From Bdellovibrionota bacterium (lineage in GTDB: Bacteria > Bdellovibrionota_C > UBA2361 > JAAYZI01), in assembly GCA_050950765.1 (NCBI GenBank), contig JBMNIF010000001.1:128001-192000 (forward strand): DNA of 64,000 bases, given 5' to 3'. Below, piece after piece: positions 42,198-52,360 of the stretch (position 1 is the first letter of the stretch; each line of letters opens with the position of its first letter). The position numbers and the translations under genes are program-made. Below the pieces are notes generated by a model. That model worked only from the letters and a program-made list of their open reading frames with translations, made no database searches and had not been told where the DNA came from.

Positions 42198-42761
42198 ATG
42201 GGAAAACTAATAAACATATCAATATTTACAGTAATGATTTTTTCATTATCGGCGTGTTCTGTTCTTGATAAATTTTATAAAGAAGATTCAAAAGAAGAAG
42301 AAGTTGAAACTCCAACTTGCTTTATGCATAAAGTGAAATATCCTGGTGAAACATTAGCGGCGATCTCGCAGTGGTATACAGGGGATGCTAAAAAATGGAC
42401 TGAGATCCTTAAAGCTAATGAAGGACTTTCAGAGCGGCGCATCGCTATTGGCGCTGATATCTGCATTCCGTATGGGATGGTGATAAAACAAGATCCTCTT
42501 CCAAAGCCGAAAGTGCGTCCTGCTAGAAGTGCTGGAGTAAAACGAGAGATTATCAAAGAAGAGATTATAGAAGATGATGTTGTTGATATTGTTGACTCAA
42601 GGAATGAGGGTGTAGTACACGAAGAGGAAGAGGAGGAGTTAATCCCACAACCGTTTCAAGATAGTGTGGAAACAACGGTTGATGATAATAGTAGTGCAGA
42701 AGATGATCTGAAAAAAACGAGGGAAGAGCTTCTGCGTGAGATATTACAGGATGAATATTAA
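42198..42761 (+). CDS. LysM-domain lipoprotein
   Basis: Lipobox LSAC; HKVKYPGETLAAISQWYTG...IAIG..I.IP. Confidence 0.85.
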   Translation: MGKLINISIFTVMIFSLSACSVLDKFYKEDSKEEEVETPTCFMHKVKYPGETLAAISQWYTGDAKKWTEILKANEGLSERRIAIGADICIPYGMVIKQDPLPKPKVRPARSAGVKREIIKEEIIEDDVVDIVDSRNEGVVHEEEEEELIPQPFQDSVETTVDDNSSAEDDLKKTREELLREILQDEY

Positions 42762-42765
42762 AGCG

Positions 42766-43605
42766 ATGCGGTATTTCGGATGTCATGTTTCTGCTGCAGG
42801 TGGTTTAGTTAATGCGGTCTATAATGGGGAGGCGTTAGGTGTTAATTCTATTCAGATCCATCCGACGCCTCCGCAACGTTGGAATCGGCAGCCATTTGCC
42901 GCAGATGTTGAAAAAGAGTTCTTGATAAAGTTGCCGACCTCTGGCATTCAAAAAGTTTTCTTTCACGGTATTTATTTAATAAATTTAGCATCTCCTGATA
43001 AAGAAAAAGTTAAGCAGGGCGTTCAATCACTGAAATTTTATTTAGATTTAATGGAGCGTATAGATGGGGCGGGAGTGATCTTTCATGTAGGAAGTAATAA
43101 AGATCAGGAGCTTGAGAGTGTCGGTCTTGAGCAAGCAACTGCTGCGATAAACAGAGTCTTTCGAGAGTTGCCAGGTAAAAGTTTATTGTTACTTGAAGTA
43201 TCTGCTGGAAGTGGAAAGGTGATTGGTGCCCGTATGGAGGATCTTAGAGAGATCTATGATGGGATTGAGAATAAAGATAGGGTTGGTTTTGCCCTTGATA
43301 CTCAACATATGTGGGCTAGTGGTTATGATATTAAGGATGATTGTGCTGGAGTAGTTTCTGAAATTGATGCTGTGTTTGGTGCAGATCGTGTCCATATTAT
43401 TCACCTTAATGATAGTAAAAGCGATCTTGGAAGTAGGATTGATCGTCATGAGAATCTCGGACAGGGCAAGATCGGACTAGATGCTTTAAGGGAGTTTATT
43501 AATAATCCGAAGCTAAAACATATTCCGGTTATTTTAGAAACTCCTGCCATGAAAGACCTTGAAAGCGCTAAAGCGGAAGTGCAGGTGTTGCGCGAAATAA
43601 TTTAA
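42766..43605 (+). CDS. nfo: Endonuclease IV
   Basis: GCHVS..GG, HG.YLINL, DTQH..ASGYD, HLNDSK, DRHENLG.G.IG, ILETP. Confidence 0.95.
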   Translation: MRYFGCHVSAAGGLVNAVYNGEALGVNSIQIHPTPPQRWNRQPFAADVEKEFLIKLPTSGIQKVFFHGIYLINLASPDKEKVKQGVQSLKFYLDLMERIDGAGVIFHVGSNKDQELESVGLEQATAAINRVFRELPGKSLLLLEVSAGSGKVIGARMEDLREIYDGIENKDRVGFALDTQHMWASGYDIKDDCAGVVSEIDAVFGADRVHIIHLNDSKSDLGSRIDRHENLGQGKIGLDALREFINNPKLKHIPVILETPAMKDLESAKAEVQVLREII

Positions 43606-43622
43606 CTAAAAGTTGGAGATCT

Positions 43623-43715
43623 AGCGTCACCTTTCAGTGACACTTGAACGGGCTGAAACTTGCAGAGCGAATCAACTAGATTTTTACGGAGGTAAAAAGT
43701 GCCACCCTTTAGCAG
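43623..43715 (+). repeat. REP-like unit: degenerate motif AGCGTCACCT, spacer module A, then AGTGCCACCC
   Basis: Aligns closely by eye with 49283-49372. Confidence 0.8.
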
Positions 43716-44186
43716 GGGTCTCCCTATTTTTATATAAAAATTAGGTATTAGATGGTTTTGGAGGGCTCTTCCTATTTTTTGATGAAACTAAACGCAAAAT
43801 AATTATTTCTTTATTTGGATTATTTAATAAGGAGATAAAATCGAGCGATGAAATAACAAAAGAGAATAAAATTCATATAGATACTTTTTATCAATATAGA
43901 AAAGAAATTTTGAATATTTTTAGTCAAGTATTTAACGTGAACTTTTCAAACGAAACGGTAAAAATGTTAAGACAGAAACAAAAAAATAAATAAAAAAACA
44001 CGCTACAAAATCAATATATTATCCCACCCCCTTAACTAGCCTTAGGGTTTAAGCTTAAAATTCACGACTAAAATCTACAGCCTACAAGCTAATCTTTAAA
44101 AATAGATTTCTATAAAAAGCATTTAACGAGTATAATATTATATTTAAATGTAATTAAAACTAGCGATTGATTTAAAAGATAAATAA

Positions 44187-46055
44187 ATGCAAGTAGTAGG
44201 ACAACCGAGAGAACAACGACAGGTAAAAAAACGACAAGCAGAACAGAAAAACACTAAGCAAGGGGGAAATGAAGCTTCTTCTGTTCTTAGCGACTATTCG
44301 TTTTATCCTACCGATAATAGCCCTTGGGTCGATAATAGCCCTTCGATTGAATATTTTTATGCAACCCATGTTTTCCCATCTAACGACGAAACCACTGAAG
44401 CTATAAATGCTTTTCAAGAACAAGCTTATGAATTCAAAAAACAGTTTTTAAACAGCAAAGAGGTAATGTCTTATATCATATCACTAGTTAAAAAATATTT
44501 AACATTAAAAAGAAGTGAGCGTGACACACAATTTTTTTACGACAAAACGTTAAAAAGTTTTAAAAAACTATTACACGAAATCATACCTCCTTATTTTAAA
44601 ACATCTAATTCTTTTAATGATGATGATATAAAGATTTTAATAAAACATGCTACTAATAATTTTTATGCTTATATTATATCTAAGATACGAAAAGATATAA
44701 AACAAAAAGATATAGACGATTCAAATGAAACTAAATTAAAAACAGAAAAAGTAAAACTCTTAGAAAATATTATTAGTAGCTATCACAATTTAACTGAAAA
44801 AAGAAATTATATAGTAGATGCATATAGACAACTTATTAATTACGTCATTAATAAAGATTTTTATTATGAAGATAGAAATGCTACTCAATTCGCTGGGCTT
44901 TTAGGGCTTATTGAAGCCATCGACACTTATGATTCAAAAAAAGAAATCCCTTTTAAAAATTATGCTATAATTATGATTAAATTTTCTATCCAAAAGAATC
45001 TCAGAAGAACAAGAAGAGGAATAGTGGACCTATCTTTTGCAGATTTAGCAGGCGATGGCGATGATTCGGACTACCATGGTCAAGTCGCAGACCCTCGAGA
45101 CCCTTACTCTCAAAAAAACGTAGAAACCGCCCATAAATTATTAGGATATACTTACGGGAAAGCAAAATATATTATACAAATTTCGTGCGGATTTTACGCA
45201 AAAAACGAATATGAATATTATACGTCGCTTGGTGTTATGTCGTATCAACGTGCACACCAAATATATCAAATAACCATCGAAAAATTAAAATTTATATCAG
45301 AAGCCATAAACTATTCTCTTACGCAAGATGAAATCAAGGATATAAAAAATGAAATCAAAGAAAAACTACCAACGATACCAAACAATTATCGCCAAACCAT
45401 ATCGAAACACCTTGGTTTAGATGGAAATAGAGAATATTCAAGAGCTGAGCTATGTGAAGATTTCAATTGCGGAATTGAAACGACAGATACTTATATTTTT
45501 AATGCACTTAAAGGAACTTTTTCTAAAGACCCTAAAATGTTTAATAAAGCATTAAAATTTTCATTAACTATTGAAGATGAATTTATAAAAGAAAATATAT
45601 ATCCTTTGCCACATAATTTATACTCTATTTTAACAGAAGAAGAATCTAGGTTTTTAAAATGTAGATATGATTGGAAAAAAGGAATCTTTAAAGACCTAAA
45701 TCAAGTCGCAAATGATTTAAATACAGATATAACAGAACTTATCGAAATTGAAAGACGAGTTATAGAAAAATTAAAACAATATGAACCAGAAACATTCCCT
45801 AAAATTGGCGCAATATTTAAGGCTAATATTGAAAGCGGAAATATTCAAAGCTCTTTCGATAAAAACTCTCTTTTTATGTTATCTTCACTGCAATTTGAAA
45901 TTATAAATTTAAGGCACGGAATTACTACTTCGGAAAAGTTATCAAAAGAAGATATTATTGAAAAGCTATCTATCGACGCTCAAACGTACGACAAAGAATA
46001 TAAAAATGCGGTTTCTATCTTAAGAGAATTTAGACTAAATACAAACGAGAGTTAA
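44187..46055 (+). CDS. Divergent sigma-70-like protein: region 2 plus about four tandem region-4-like HTH domains
   Basis: RNYIVDAYRQLI...GLLGLIEAIDTYDSKKEIPFKNYA (region 2); repeated L...E..II..R.GL....S..E.A..L segments; AT-rich. Confidence 0.7.
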   Translation: MQVVGQPREQRQVKKRQAEQKNTKQGGNEASSVLSDYSFYPTDNSPWVDNSPSIEYFYATHVFPSNDETTEAINAFQEQAYEFKKQFLNSKEVMSYIISLVKKYLTLKRSERDTQFFYDKTLKSFKKLLHEIIPPYFKTSNSFNDDDIKILIKHATNNFYAYIISKIRKDIKQKDIDDSNETKLKTEKVKLLENIISSYHNLTEKRNYIVDAYRQLINYVINKDFYYEDRNATQFAGLLGLIEAIDTYDSKKEIPFKNYAIIMIKFSIQKNLRRTRRGIVDLSFADLAGDGDDSDYHGQVADPRDPYSQKNVETAHKLLGYTYGKAKYIIQISCGFYAKNEYEYYTSLGVMSYQRAHQIYQITIEKLKFISEAINYSLTQDEIKDIKNEIKEKLPTIPNNYRQTISKHLGLDGNREYSRAELCEDFNCGIETTDTYIFNALKGTFSKDPKMFNKALKFSLTIEDEFIKENIYPLPHNLYSILTEEESRFLKCRYDWKKGIFKDLNQVANDLNTDITELIEIERRVIEKLKQYEPETFPKIGAIFKANIESGNIQSSFDKNSLFMLSSLQFEIINLRHGITTSEKLSKEDIIEKLSIDAQTYDKEYKNAVSILREFRLNTNES

Positions 46056-46891
46056 CGAATTAACTTAACCACTTTCATAAAAAAATGATTAAACTAAAAA
46101 AATAAAGAAAAATGATACGTAGTAAAAAAGGCAAAATAGAACAACATGATGATTTTATCGAATGCTCATTTCCTCCCTCTTGCACAGCTATTAGAGGCGA
46201 TAATCTAAGCCCTGATAATAAGAAAACTATAGAAGCTATACGTTTATATAAGCAAGAAATGGAAAACTTTAAAGAAAAGTTTTTTAATAATGAAGAAGTT
46301 ACCCCTTATATCATCTCTCTAATTAGGGAGTATACATCTTTTAAAAAGTACAATATTTCAGATAATTTTACTAACCTTAGCGGACAAGATATTAAAGAAC
46401 TACAAGAGGTACTAGAAAGAATTTCTGATCCATCTTTTAAAACGTCACCTCTCTTAGAAAGTAGTGATATAAAAATACTAAGGCATAATGCAAAAGAATT
46501 TTTTTATTCAAATATTATGGGTAGAATAAAAAAAACTTTTGAAAATTTAAATAAAACTAATACGGAAAAAGAAAAATTAGAAGCACTATCTAGCATTCTT
46601 AATAGCTACAATCTTATAGCACAAATAAGAAACGATATAATAAAACCATACGAACGGATTATTAAAAATATAATCTTAAGACATATCATAAAACATGAGA
46701 TAAGCAGAAGCTGCGAAGACCTTTACTCTAGTGTTTTTTTAAAAGTTGTAGAAATAATTAGTGGTTATGACCACGAAAAAAACACATCTTTTTCAACTTA
46801 TCTTTGTGCTGGTTCAGCGTGAAATGGACATTTGAGGTGCTGAAAAAAGCTACTATAATAGCCTGAGTGATATTAACTAATGGGGTGAATA

Positions 46892-47197
46892 ATGGGAAAA
46901 CATTTTAGTGCAGAAGATAAGGTTAAGATATTGAAGGAGCATTTATTAGGAAATAAGCCGTTATCGAGTTTATGCGATAAATACGGCGTACACATTAGTA
47001 CATTTTATGAATGGCAGAAGCTATTATTTGAGGGAGCTATCCAAATTTTTGAGCGGAATAAAAATGGTAGGAAAGAAGAAAAGAAGCAAGCTGAACGGAT
47101 AGATATTTTGGAGAAGAAGCTAACGAAGAAGGATTCTGCGCTAGCGGAGCTTTTGGGGCTTCATATAGATTTAAAAAAAAAGCTTGGGGAGCTTTAA
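46892..47197 (+). CDS. IS3 OrfA (HTH)
   Basis: FSAEDKVKIL...CDKYGVH.STFYEW; ends in an A9G slippery run at 47173-47182. Confidence 0.92.
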   Translation: MGKHFSAEDKVKILKEHLLGNKPLSSLCDKYGVHISTFYEWQKLLFEGAIQIFERNKNGRKEEKKQAERIDILEKKLTKKDSALAELLGLHIDLKKKLGEL

Positions 47198-48195
47198 CGA
47201 AGCGTTGGGTTGAGCCACAAATACGAGATGAGGTGATAGATTTTGTACATGAATGGCAAGAGAAATCAGAAATGAAGCGGGAGATGTTTATAAAGAGGTT
47301 AGGGATAACACGGAGCAAGTACTATGCTTGGGAAAAACATTACGGTAAAGAGAACTTTCATAACGGGCTAATTCCGAGAGATTACTGGCTATTACCCAGT
47401 GAAAGGGAGGCTATTATTAAGTATTATTTAGAGCACTCAAGAGTAGGTTATCGAGCATTAACATACATGATGCTTGACGCAGATGTTGTGGCAGTATCCC
47501 CTGCGACGACCTATAGAGTATTGAAAAGTGCTGGCTTAATGCGTTGCTGGAATGGTTTAAAAAGCAAGAAAGGGACAGGATTTGAACAACCACTTAACCC
47601 GCATGAACATTGGCATACGGATGTTTCATATATCAATATTTGTGGCACATTTTACTATTTTATTGGAGTTTTGGATGGATGTAGTCGGTATTTAGTTGCA
47701 TGGGACATTAGAGAATCGATGAAAGAAATAGATATTGAAGTAGTATTACAAAAGGCTAGAGAAAGTTTTCCAGACGCAAGACCGCGAATTATTTCAGATA
47801 ACGGTTCAGCCTATATTTCAAAAGAGTTTAAGAATTTTATAAAGATATCTGGTATGACTCACGTCAAGACATCACCGTTCTATCCACAATCGAACGGTAA
47901 GATGGAGAGATTTAATGGGACATTAAAAGTAGAAGCGATACGACCTAACACTCCAGTATCACTTGATGATGCGAAAACTATAGTGAGTAAGTTTGTCGAA
48001 GAATATAACAATCAGCGGTTACATTGTGCGCTAGGTTATATAACACCAAATGATAGATTGAATAACAAGCAAGAGGAGATATTTAGAGCTCGAGACAGCA
48101 AATTGGAAGCTGCTAGAGCACATCGCAAGTTAGTAAGAGAGGGGTACCCCTCTCTTACTAACTACAACATTGAACAACAAGCTCAGGTGTGTTAA
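47173..48195 (+). CDS. IS3 OrfB DDE transposase, -1 frame relative to OrfA
   Basis: WHTDVSY, ISDNGSAY, PQSNGKMERFN; frame open from the slippery site (track start 47233). Confidence 0.92.
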   Translation, partial: KKKAWGALTKRWVEPQIRDEVIDFVHEWQEKSEMKREMFIKRLGITRSKYYAWEKHYGKENFHNGLIPRDYWLLPSEREAIIKYYLEHSRVGYRALTYMMLDADVVAVSPATTYRVLKSAGLMRCWNGLKSKKGTGFEQPLNPHEHWHTDVSYINICGTFYYFIGVLDGCSRYLVAWDIRESMKEIDIEVVLQKARESFPDARPRIISDNGSAYISKEFKNFIKISGMTHVKTSPFYPQSNGKMERFNGTLKVEAIRPNTPVSLDDAKTIVSKFVEEYNNQRLHCALGYITPNDRLNNKQEEIFRARDSKLEAARAHRKLVREGYPSLTNYNIEQQAQVC

Positions 48196-49235
48196 CTAGG
48201 GTTTTGTGGCATGACAAAAGTCCATTTCCATCAGAGGCAGAACATCTTTATGAGAGAATGCCTGGCGTTCTTATAGACATATATAGGGATGAAAATAAAG
48301 GAATACGAAGTTTAGGTGATGACGAAAAAAGCGTATTTTCTCCTACTCCTTTTTCGCAACTAGGTGATACGCAAATAGGTGGTAATACAGATAATGACAG
48401 CCGAGTAAATTATGACGGTAAAATTGAAGACAAACATGACCATACAGCCGATAATACGGCAAATCTTGCCTATAATTTTTTAAATTATACTTACGGAAAA
48501 GAAAGATATATTATAAAAAGTTCTTTCGGATTTTATGTAGAAGATAAATATCAATATCTTGTAGGTGATTTAGAACCTAGTGCACATTTTTATAGACAAA
48601 AAGTTTTAGGGAAATTACAACTTATATCTGTAGCCGTAGACTATTTTATCACACAAGATGAAAACAAGGATATAAAAAATGAAATTAAAAATGGGTTATC
48701 ACGCTTAGACAAACGTGTTGCTATATCTGTATCAAAACTTATCCCTAAACTTATCTCAAAACATTTTGGATTAGATGGAGATGAAGAGCAATCTAGGTTT
48801 GAACTGTGCGATATTTACGACTTAAAAATTGAGTCTATAGATAGTTATATTTTAAAATCACTCGAAATAATCTTTGAAAAAGACCCTAAAATGTTTAATA
48901 AAGCATTAAAATTTTCATTAACTATTGAAGATGAATTTATAAAAGAAAATATATATCCTTTGCCACATAATTTATACTCTATTTTAACAGAAGAAGAATC
49001 TAGGTTTTTAAAATGTAGATATGATTGGAAAAAAGGAATCTTTAAAGACCTAAACCAAGTCGCAAATGATTTAAATACAGATATAACAGAACTTATCGAA
49101 ATTGAAAGAAGAGTTATAGAAAAATTAGAAAAATATGAGCCAGAAATATTCCCTAAGCTTTGCGCAATGTTTGAAGCAAATATTGAAAGCGGAAATATAA
49201 GAGGAGAGGAGCTGTATGCTCTAGCTGTATGATCT

Positions 49236-49450
49236 GGTGCCACCCATTAGATTTGGCTAGATCTGCAGATTTTGCTGGCTTTGGTGCCACCCTTCACAGT
49301 GACACTTGAATGGGCTGCGATCGCAGAGCGAATCGGCTTGATTTTTACGGAGGTAAAAAGTGCCACCCTTTAGGGACGGCTGAACGGGCTGATACTGAAA
49401 AGCGAATCAGCTAGATTTTTACGAAGGTAAAAAGTGCCACCCTTCAGCAG
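49236..49450 (+). repeat. REP-like interspaced array, 4 motif copies
   Basis: GGTGCCACCC at 49236 and 49283; AGTGCCACCC at 49359 and 49433. Confidence 0.9.
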
Positions 49451-49682
49451 GACGGGATTAGCTGAATTTTGATCCTTACATAACGCTACTAACACAATTC
49501 TTGACTTCTAGCTGTACACAAAATTTATCGCGGTCTCTAAAGATGCAGTCATGTATACTATAATTTTACAGAAATTTAGGTTGTAAAGAAAAATTTTTTT
49601 ATAACCGATAGTAATCTGAAATATTTAGAAAGTTTCACAAAAATTTCTACAAGATAGTAATAAGTTTTAATAAGATATTAGA

Positions 49683-50366
49683 ATGATAAATACATTTAGA
49701 AAGTTCTGGCCTGTAATACTAGCTTCTTTTATGCCATTAATTTTACTGTACTGCTGTTGGCTAATTTCTCCTTATTTTTTAGAGGGTAAGTTTACTTCAA
49801 CAAAACTCCTTGCCCTACTTATATTGGCATTTTTAATAATACTAATAGAGTCTCTTTCATTTCCTTTAGCAATCTTAAGCATAAAAAAAGAAAAAAATTA
49901 CGTCATTATTAGAAAAAGCTTCTCATTTTGGAGGGATTCTTTCCTTATCTCTGCGACGGCTGGCGTGGTTTGGACTATTATAGCAGTTATAATAATCTAT
50001 GTTTTTAATTTGGATTTAACAAGAATAGAAGTAGAAATGAAACTAAGAATGGGACCTTTCTTTAACTTTATAAATATTTTTACTACATGTAGTATAATAT
50101 ATTTCATCAGCAAACTTGCAAATCGCACTTTTGGATTTCGTATTGAAAAATGGGGAGCAGTTAGACTATTACTATACTTCTTAATCTTTAGTTTAATAAT
50201 ACTTTATTTGAAACATATAATTATAATATCGCATGGGTGGTCAATGCCTTTCGTGGTATTACTAAATGTATTTGAAGATTGTATACTTTTAACCATTATG
50301 CAATTAGCTTTAGCGTATGAAGGATTTAAATCTATAAAAAATGTTACTGAAAAAACCAAAGTTTAG
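49683..50366 (+). CDS. Hypothetical polytopic membrane protein (AT-rich)
   Basis: 227 aa, about six hydrophobic helices. Confidence 0.65.
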   Translation: MINTFRKFWPVILASFMPLILLYCCWLISPYFLEGKFTSTKLLALLILAFLIILIESLSFPLAILSIKKEKNYVIIRKSFSFWRDSFLISATAGVVWTIIAVIIIYVFNLDLTRIEVEMKLRMGPFFNFINIFTTCSIIYFISKLANRTFGFRIEKWGAVRLLLYFLIFSLIILYLKHIIIISHGWSMPFVVLLNVFEDCILLTIMQLALAYEGFKSIKNVTEKTKV

Positions 50367-50405
50367 TAAAGAATTCCCAATTTTTGCCACTATACGGTTA
50401 AAATT

Positions 50406-51821
50406 TTAAATTTTAAGCTCTTGGCAGATTTCTTTAATGTATTTAAGCGTGGCACAATCTACCCATTTTTCTGGATTTTTTGCTGAGCGTTTTTTTACAC
50501 ACTTACTTAAAAAATGCATAACTTTTGAAAGAGAATGTCCTTTGCATTTTTGACTTTTATTGATTGGTTTTTTTATTCTTGTAAGCATAATACATGAAAT
50601 ATAATTTATAAATTCGGTTGCCATTAATCTATATGTGCCATGCACATTTTCTTCCGTTCGATTTATTATATTTTTGTATTTATAAAATAATGTCTCTATT
50701 TCCCATCTCTGTTTATATGCTTTATATATATCTCTTAAGTTTCCATCAAAATTACTCTCAAATACTATTAACCCAAAATTATCTTCCTTTTTTTTATAAA
50801 TCTCTTCATCAAATACTCCCTTTTCAATATTTCTACTAACATAACTTTTTTCTTGCTTAGCTTTTATTTCACTACTTTTATATGCATAGTAATATTTATT
50901 GTTATCTACTTTAACTTTATTACACCTTATACTGTCATTTTCGTATTTAAAAGATTCAGTAAATTTTCTATTAAGTTCATATTTAGTTATATCTTTTGAA
51001 TAATTCTTAATAGGTATCAAAAAATTAGTATTAAGTTTTTTTAATTCTTCTTTAATCTCCTTATCATTAAATCCCTTATCCATAATAATAAAACCGTTTT
51101 CAATCGTGTAAGTTTTAAGAAAATCTTTTAATGCCGTAAAATCAAGCATATTGCCAGCATACGGTGCGCAGGCTAAAGGTTCTTCGTTTTTAAGGTCATA
51201 AGCATAAATTAAATTTATATCCTTACAGCCTTTGATTCTTCCTTTCCTTGAGAATTCAGAATATATATTACTGTCTCCAGTGCTACTTTTAAGCATTCCA
51301 TCTATGACAATAGGATTATTAATATATTTACTTATCCTATAACTCATAAACTTCTCTATTAGAGTAGTTGTCTGACCTATCTTTTCTAAAAAAGCACTTA
51401 TGTTATTTCCAGATAAACCAAGCTTAGGAAATATTTCTGATATGTAATCCGTCTTGTATTCTAATAAGATTTCTCCATCTTTTAAATCTTCCTTAACCAC
51501 TCTTAACAAAGCAATGGTAAAGATTTTTTTAGCATCACTAGTATGATAAAATTTACATAAATCATAAAATATATCTTCGCACTCCTTATATATTAGCGCA
51601 GTTAATCCATATGACTTAAATTCAACTTCAAATTTAGGCTTTTCTATTGGAATATATTTACCATCAATTATTTTTCCTATTATCCCTAACTCTACGGGGT
51701 AAGGCTTGCCGTTTTTTCTGACGCTAGTTCTTTTGATAACATTGTATTCGTTTGGTGTTCTAGTTGCCTTTATTCTAGTATTTTTTGGTTTTAATTTTAA
51801 TATTTCCTCTGGTATTGGCAT
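50406..51821 (-). CDS. DDE transposase, IS4/IS1634-like
   Basis: IVIDG, IIMDKGF, YKQRWEIETLF..YK; likely start MPIPEE at 51821 with AAGGGG RBS. Confidence 0.85.
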   Translation of the reverse strand: MPIPEEILKLKPKNTRIKATRTPNEYNVIKRTSVRKNGKPYPVELGIIGKIIDGKYIPIEKPKFEVEFKSYGLTALIYKECEDIFYDLCKFYHTSDAKKIFTIALLRVVKEDLKDGEILLEYKTDYISEIFPKLGLSGNNISAFLEKIGQTTTLIEKFMSYRISKYINNPIVIDGMLKSSTGDSNIYSEFSRKGRIKGCKDINLIYAYDLKNEEPLACAPYAGNMLDFTALKDFLKTYTIENGFIIMDKGFNDKEIKEELKKLNTNFLIPIKNYSKDITKYELNRKFTESFKYENDSIRCNKVKVDNNKYYYAYKSSEIKAKQEKSYVSRNIEKGVFDEEIYKKKEDNFGLIVFESNFDGNLRDIYKAYKQRWEIETLFYKYKNIINRTEENVHGTYRLMATEFINYISCIMLTRIKKPINKSQKCKGHSLSKVMHFLSKCVKKRSAKNPEKWVDCATLKYIKEICQELKI

Positions 51822-51843
51822 TTCAAATCCCCTTAAAAAACGA

Positions 51844-52340
51844 ATAATGGCAGATCTGGCTGCAGGGTTTAGTCGGCTTTGTAGCTGGATAATGGCAGAT
51901 CTGGTGCCACCCTTCAACTTTGCTGCTTTAAGCTGCGATCTGGTCGCTAGTATCTGGTGCCACCCATTAATTTGGCTGGATCTGATAGGTTTCGGCTAGC
52001 TTTAGTTTTGGTGCCACCCTCTAGGGATGGCGGACGGTGGGCTAGCGTCTGGTGCCACCCTCTAGGGACGACGGATCAGCTACGGGGGTTAAAAAACTGG
52101 TGCCACCCTTCCAGTTGGCTGGATTTGCAGATTTTGTGGCTTTGGCTTTGGTGCCACCCTTCAGCGTTGCCGCTTTAAGCTGAATATCTGGTGCCACCCT
52201 TCAACTTTGCCGCTTTAAGCTGCGACTGGCTTTGGTGCCACCCTCTAGGGATGGCGGACGGTGGGCTAGCGTCTGGTGCCACCCTCTAGGGACGGCGGAT
52301 CAGCTACGGGGGTTAAAAAACTGGTGCCACCCTTCCAGTG
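51844..52340 (+). repeat. REP-like interspaced array, 10 copies of TGGTGCCACCC(T/A)
   Basis: Motif starts 51903, 51956, 52010, 52051, 52099, 52150, 52190, 52234, 52275, 52323 (pitch 40-54 bp). Confidence 0.95.
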
Positions 52341-52360
52341 ACAGTTCCTGCATGTAGTTA

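Larger units (their letters stand above)
46805..48244 (+). mobile_element. IS3-family insertion sequence, 1440 bp, copy 1
   Basis: TG...CA ends; imperfect IRs TGTGCTGGTTCAGCGTGAAATGGAC / TGTTCTGCCTCTGATGGAAATGGAC; 4-bp TSD TCTT (46801-04, 48245-48). Confidence 0.95.
46112..49232 (+). pseudogene. Sigma-70-like paralogue (558 aa when restored) interrupted by IS3
   Basis: Removing 46805-48248 joins ...KNTSFSTYL to YERMPG... in frame; C-terminal part near-identical to 44187-46055. Confidence 0.85.

Noticed and set aside
44312..44343. 14-bp tandem duplication CGATAATAGCCCTT
   Set aside because: A short in-frame duplication in a disordered N-terminus with no sign of a larger structure
45525..49198. 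Diversity-generating retroelement TR/VR pair
   Set aside because: No reverse transcriptase in the window; both copies are coding and the few differences are not confined to adenines
51822..52178. N-terminal extension of the 503-aa transposase ORF, and ORFs 51706-51999 and 51957-52178
   Set aside because: They are translations of the repeat array (recurring WCHP); the RBS supports a start at 51821
51903..52332. Calling the array a CRISPR
   Set aside because: The repeat is only 11-12 bp, spacers are mutually related or duplicated, and no cas genes are in the window
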